A stretch of DNA of 20,000 nt, from IMG/VR virus record IMGVR_UViG_3300008255_000127, one strand, 5' to 3'. Made by a program: the position numbers and the translations under genes. Of this stretch, positions 16,423 through 20,000 are shown piece by piece (within the stretch, counting starts at the first letter, position 1; each line of letters starts with the position of its first letter). This stretch comes from an uncultured virus (IMG/VR IMGVR_UViG_3300008255_000127) (Duplodnaviria > Heunggongvirae > Uroviricota > Caudoviricetes). The notes below the pieces were generated by a model. That model was not told the origin of the DNA. It saw only the letters and a program-made list of their open reading frames with translations, and searched no databases.

Positions 16423-18373
16423 TCGCGAACCTCCGGTGGAAGGCGAGCCGGGCCTCGATGTAGGCAACCCAGGCGCTCGCGCGTGCCATTGAGAGTCTGT
16501 TGATCTCGGCGAAAGACATGGGCATCGAACCGATCTGATCCCGGTGCCATGCCAGCAGCTTCTTGATGTACGCCTTCTGCTTCTCGGAGGCGCGGATCTT
16601 CGAGAGCCCGTTGTCGGGCTTGAGGTAGCTCGGCTCGCCGTTCTCGAGGGCGTAGATCTCCGCCTCCTCGAGCGCGACGGTCTCGACCTCGTCTCGGCAG
16701 ATGAACTCGACGCCAGACCGGAGCCCGGCGCAGACGACGGTGAAGCGTCCGTCGCGGTCGAAGATGACGACGGACCGCCCGGCCCCGAGCCCTGCGACCC
16801 GGGCGCCGTTGACCTGCTGCCAGTGGATGGAGCAGGAGAAGACGTCGAAGCTGTAGCTGCAGAACCCGGTCACCCGAACGGTCGAGGGCTCCTCGGGGAA
16901 CTCCAGCTCGGGCGGCCCCTCGTCCGGGTCCGCGTCCGACTGCTCCTTCTCGTCCTTCTCGTCGTCGTTGGTGAGGTCTGCGACGGACGCGAGGCCCAGG
17001 CTGGTCGCCCCTGTGCAGTCGATGACGAGGCAGTCGCTCTTGCCGTTCGCCACGGACGATTCGATGCGAAGGTCCTCGGCGTCCTCGAGCGGAGGCCCGA
17101 GCAGCCGGGTCCCGCGACCGACCATCTGGATCAGGAGGCCCTTCGACTTCGTCGGCCGCACCAGCAGGATGCAGCTCACCTCCGGCTCGTCCCAGCCCTC
17201 GGTCAGCACCCCGACGTTGACCAGCACCCGGATCTCCTTCCGGGCCAGCGAGTCGAGCACCGCCTTGCGCTTCTTGTCGGGGAAGATGGACTTGTCGCCG
17301 CAGATCCACCCGGCGGCCACGCCGGCGGCGTTGAAGCTCTCGCAGAGGTGCTTCGCCGAAGCCACGGTCGGGCAGAAGGCAGCGGTCAGCCTGCCTTCGG
17401 CGCCGGCCCCCTCCGCGCCCGGGCCGGCGTGCTTGCGCCACGCCTCGACCACCTGCTCGCGGGCCTCTTCGGTGTCCATGACCTTGCCGAGGTCCTCGTC
17501 GACGAAGTCGCCGCTCGACTTCGAGACGCGCACCCCGGAGAGGTCCACCTCCAGCTCGACGCGCACGCCTCGGAGCGGGACGAGGTACCCCATCTCGATC
17601 CCGCGCTTGATCGAGATCGTGTGGACGCTCCGGTCGAACAGCCAGCCGAGCCCGCGCCGGTCCGTTCGGAACGGGGTGGCGGTCACCCCGAGCAGCCGGC
17701 AGGCGGGGTTGACATCGCGCACCGCGTCGACGATCCGCGTGTACAGAGACTCGCGGAACACATGGTGGACCTCGTCGATGACGATCAGATCGATCTCAGC
17801 CAGGGGCAGATCGTGGATTCGGCCGCGCCGGTGCAGGTACTCCTCGCCCCCCTCACCGTTGCAAGACACGCAGTCCGGTGTTGGCTTCGGGCGTCGCCGC
17901 TGGCACTTCGAGCAGCCCGGCTCAGCCTCCAGGCCGTCGCCGTCGCATCGGTCGCAGAAGGGGTCGGGCTCCGGCATCGGCTGGCAGGCCGGGCACGCAT
18001 GGCGCCGGTAGACGTCGGGGTAGCAGCTCTGCACCGAGCCGCAGATGACGTTCGCCCAGGTCTCGCGCTTCTGCGCTTGGTAGATCCCGAGCAGCTCGCC
18101 GGGGTCGACCTTCAGCCACTTGTCCTTCGCCTGCTGGATCAGCTCGGTCCGGTGCGCGAGCACGAGGATGCGCCGGCAGACGCCCTGCTCGCGGAGCTGC
18201 CGTCCGATGTAGCTGAACTCGAACGTCTTACCCAGGCCGGTCGCCCACACGATCAGGGCGTTCAGGCGCTGCTCGTCGAGCACCTGGGTCTGCCCGTCGA
18301 CCACGCGCAGGGCCTGATCCCACTCGGCGAACACGAGCTGGGCGGCCTCCTCCTGATACGCGCGCGGCTTCAA
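16385..18373 (-). CDS. SF2 DEAD/DEAH-box helicase (ResIII/Irc3-like, ~662 aa) with Cys-rich insertion
   Basis: RAYQ Q-motif, ATGLGKT, LAHRTEL, IDEVHH, GVTATPFR, VLTEGWD, QMVGRGTR; TTG start overlaps the RusA stop. Confidence 0.92.
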   Translation of the reverse strand: MKPRAYQEEAAQLVFAEWDQALRVVDGQTQVLDEQRLNALIVWATGLGKTFEFSYIGRQLREQGVCRRILVLAHRTELIQQAKDKWLKVDPGELLGIYQAQKRETWANVICGSVQSCYPDVYRRHACPACQPMPEPDPFCDRCDGDGLEAEPGCSKCQRRRPKPTPDCVSCNGEGGEEYLHRRGRIHDLPLAEIDLIVIDEVHHVFRESLYTRIVDAVRDVNPACRLLGVTATPFRTDRRGLGWLFDRSVHTISIKRGIEMGYLVPLRGVRVELEVDLSGVRVSKSSGDFVDEDLGKVMDTEEAREQVVEAWRKHAGPGAEGAGAEGRLTAAFCPTVASAKHLCESFNAAGVAAGWICGDKSIFPDKKRKAVLDSLARKEIRVLVNVGVLTEGWDEPEVSCILLVRPTKSKGLLIQMVGRGTRLLGPPLEDAEDLRIESSVANGKSDCLVIDCTGATSLGLASVADLTNDDEKDEKEQSDADPDEGPPELEFPEEPSTVRVTGFCSYSFDVFSCSIHWQQVNGARVAGLGAGRSVVIFDRDGRFTVVCAGLRSGVEFICRDEVETVALEEAEIYALENGEPSYLKPDNGLSKIRASEKQKAYIKKLLAWHRDQIGSMPMSFAEINRLSMARASAWVAYIEARLAFHRRFANGHRSAAAGAPA

Positions 18374-18930
18374 CGGACCCACACCCCTCCGGTGGCCGGG
18401 CGCCACCCTGCAGCTCGAGCAGCGGCCTCGAGCACCTCAACAAGCTCAGGCGGCGCCGCGCCGAAGAACGGCTGCGGCTCCGGCGCATCCTCAAGGTTGC
18501 TGGCATCGGCCAGCACCTCGATCACGGTCGCCTCGACGCGAGGCAGGCGCCGAGTATACCCACGGCGGATCACGAGCAGGTTTCGGATGTGGTCGAAGCT
18601 ATCGTCGGCGAGCGCCCCCGACCCGGCCTTCAGCATGCCGTCGTTGATGACCTTGGAGACGTTGTCGGGGTCCTTCCGCTGCCTTGAACGAGGCCGGTCC
18701 TCGGACTCGCTGACCCTCGACGGTCGCAGCCAGACCTCGAGCACGACGTCGCACTGGCCGTTCCCGATCAGGAGCCCGGCCTCCATCGCTGCGCCCCCGA
18801 CGAGCCCCTCGTACTCCGAGGTTTCGTCGGGGGTGTAGTGGTGACCGCCGGCGGCCTTGCCGGAGGCGCCGAGCTTCGGCCGGCCTTTCGTCCGCGGTAT
18901 CCCCTCGATCGTGAACTTCCAACGTCGCAT
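18370..18930 (-). CDS. rusA: RusA-like Holliday junction resolvase (186 aa)
   Basis: FTIEGIPRTKGRP...YTP...KDPDNVSKVINDG...LADDS; GAGGAG RBS. Confidence 0.85.
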   Translation of the reverse strand: MRRWKFTIEGIPRTKGRPKLGASGKAAGGHHYTPDETSEYEGLVGGAAMEAGLLIGNGQCDVVLEVWLRPSRVSESEDRPRSRQRKDPDNVSKVINDGMLKAGSGALADDSFDHIRNLLVIRRGYTRRLPRVEATVIEVLADASNLEDAPEPQPFFGAAPPELVEVLEAAARAAGWRPATGGVWVR

Positions 18931-18961
18931 GATGCTCCTCGCGCCGTCGCGCGCACCCCGG

Positions 18962-19031
18962 AACTTACCGGACGCCGCACCCGGGGGGCAAACCTTTTTT
19001 GCTTGACGGAGCGTCCGTCAATCCGTACCGT
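18962..19031. promoter_or_regulatory. Back-to-back divergent promoters with a palindromic operator
   Basis: Leftward TTGCCC, 18-bp spacer, TAAGTT (18991-18962); rightward TTGACG, 17-bp spacer, TACCGT (19003-19031); palindrome TTGACGGA-GCG-TCCGTCAA (19003-19021). Confidence 0.65.
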
Positions 19032-19080
19032 CGGCGGTACAACCTGAGTCAGCGGGTGAGCCGCTGGGGAGCGAACCGAG

Positions 19081-20000
19081 ATGTCCAAGCCTGTCTTCGA
19101 CGGGGCTCTGCCGAGCCAGATCGAGGTGCTCAACGCACCCATCGCGCACGAGGCGTGCGCGGTCCACCCCTTCCACAAATGGGTGTACGTCTCCGGCGCC
19201 ATCGTGCGCATGCACCTCAACAGGATTCTCGGCTTCGACGGCTGGTCCCACGAGATCACCGACTTCCGCTACATCGCCCCCGACATGGGCAACCCGGTCA
19301 CGAAGTTCAAGAACAACGACGGCAAGGAGATGTACCGGGCGATCGCGCAGTGCCGCGTGCGCCTGACCATCCACTGGCCGGGCGGGCGGGTCACCCACAA
19401 GGACGGCATCGGCACCTCGGCGGTGCCCCAGCCGAACCCCGCGGACGCCTGCGACATGAACGCCCAGGCCGCCGAGACCTACGCCCTGCGCGACGCGGCC
19501 ATGAACCTGGGCAGCCAGTTTGGCCTCGAGGTCATGCGGCTCAAGGTCAAGGACGACCGGGGCCGGCAGATCCCCTGGCAGAACTTCACCGGCGGCGAGC
19601 CGCGCTGGCCGGACTTCGTCGCGGAGTCGGGGGGGCAGGGCGGCGGCAGCACCCGGCCGGTCCAGTACGACGCGCACGCCGGTCAGGATGAGTCGGGCGA
19701 CGGCGTCGGCGAGAGCATGCCGGCGGCCCAGCAGGAGCGCCCCGCGCAGCAGGAGCGCCCGGCCCAGCAGGAGCGCCCGGCCCAGCAGGAGCGCCCCGCG
19801 CAGCAGGAGCGCCCCGCGCAGCAGGAGCGCCCCGCGCAGCAGGAGCGCCCCGCGCAGCAGGAGCGCCCGGCCCAGCAGGAGCGCCCCGCGCAGCAGGAGC
19901 GCCCGGCCCAGCAGGAGCGCCCGGCCCAGCAGGAGCGCCCCGCGCAGCAGGAGCGCCCGGCCCAGCAGGAGCGCCCGGCCCAGCAGGAGCGCCCGGCCCA
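19081..20000 (+). CDS. Rad52/Rad22 (Sak-like) single-strand annealing protein, 3' end beyond the window
   Basis: Manual translation from ATG 19081 (GGGAG RBS): MSKPVFDG...WVYVSGAIVRMHLNRILGFDGWSHEI...AQAAETYALRDAAMNLGSQFGL. No stop before 20000, so it is absent from the ORF track. Confidence 0.85.
   Translation, partial: MSKPVFDGALPSQIEVLNAPIAHEACAVHPFHKWVYVSGAIVRMHLNRILGFDGWSHEITDFRYIAPDMGNPVTKFKNNDGKEMYRAIAQCRVRLTIHWPGGRVTHKDGIGTSAVPQPNPADACDMNAQAAETYALRDAAMNLGSQFGLEVMRLKVKDDRGRQIPWQNFTGGEPRWPDFVAESGGQGGGSTRPVQYDAHAGQDESGDGVGESMPAAQQERPAQQERPAQQERPAQQERPAQQERPAQQERPAQQERPAQQERPAQQERPAQQERPAQQERPAQQERPAQQERPAQQERPAQQERPA
19729..20000 (+). repeat. 18-bp coding tandem repeat (QQERPA), 15 complete units, continues past the window end
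   Basis: Unit is CAGCAGGAGCGC plus CCCGCG (A) or CCGGCC (B); order ABBAAAABABBABBB. Confidence 0.97.

Noticed and set aside
17845..18005. Intein in the helicase
   Set aside because: Only ~55 aa, with no C-terminal HN-[CST] junction.
12425..18838. Long + strand ORFs (12425..15868, 16544..18838, 16968..18011; likewise 6455..8332 and 8287..10098)
   Set aside because: Antisense shadows of motif-bearing minus-strand genes, expected in high-GC DNA; no RBS or recognisable motifs.
18999..19691. Listed ORFs 18999..19691 (+) and 19018..19677 (-)
   Set aside because: Off-frame or antisense to the Rad52-like frame that starts at 19081.
19729..20000. CRISPR array interpretation of the tandem repeat
   Set aside because: No unique spacers, an 18-bp in-frame coding unit, and no cas operon.
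1..20000. tRNA/rRNA genes, integrase, transposase, reverse transcriptase or DGR repeats
   Set aside because: No recognisable motifs or long near-identical repeat pairs seen by eye; a covariance-model search was not possible.

Overview
The window is very GC-rich and reads as part of a tailed dsDNA phage or prophage genome. The host is probably Myxococcota-like, inferred only from a lipoprotein with MopE-type repeats and the base composition. From left to right: (1) a structured non-coding region (1-560), possibly a terminus or packaging region; (2) a lone + strand virion-protein-like gene broken by two frameshifts (562-1981); (3) a long, tightly coupled minus-strand block (1978-18930); (4) a divergent promoter region (~18960-19031) leading to a + strand Rad52/Sak-like annealing protein missing from the ORF track, whose tail is an 18-bp tandem repeat (QQERPA, at least 15 copies) running off the window. 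In transcription order the minus-strand block encodes a RusA-like resolvase, an SF2 helicase with an 8-Cys insert, a SleB-like cell-wall hydrolase, a 1134-aa Zn-finger/TOPRIM/SF2-like primase-helicase, a GATC-rich candidate origin, a tandem RHH-like regulator, a PD-(D/E)XK exonuclease, a Zn-finger/OB-fold protein, a tandem PLD-like plus HTH (small-terminase-like) fusion, a lipoprotein and several small membrane proteins. The most unusual items are the PLD-PLD-AT-hook-HTH fusion, the TOPRIM plus Cys4 SF2-like replicase, motifs shared between the two large non-coding regions, a shared promoter box, and an orphan membrane sensor-like protein beside holin-like genes. All family calls are motif recognition by eye; no database searches were run.
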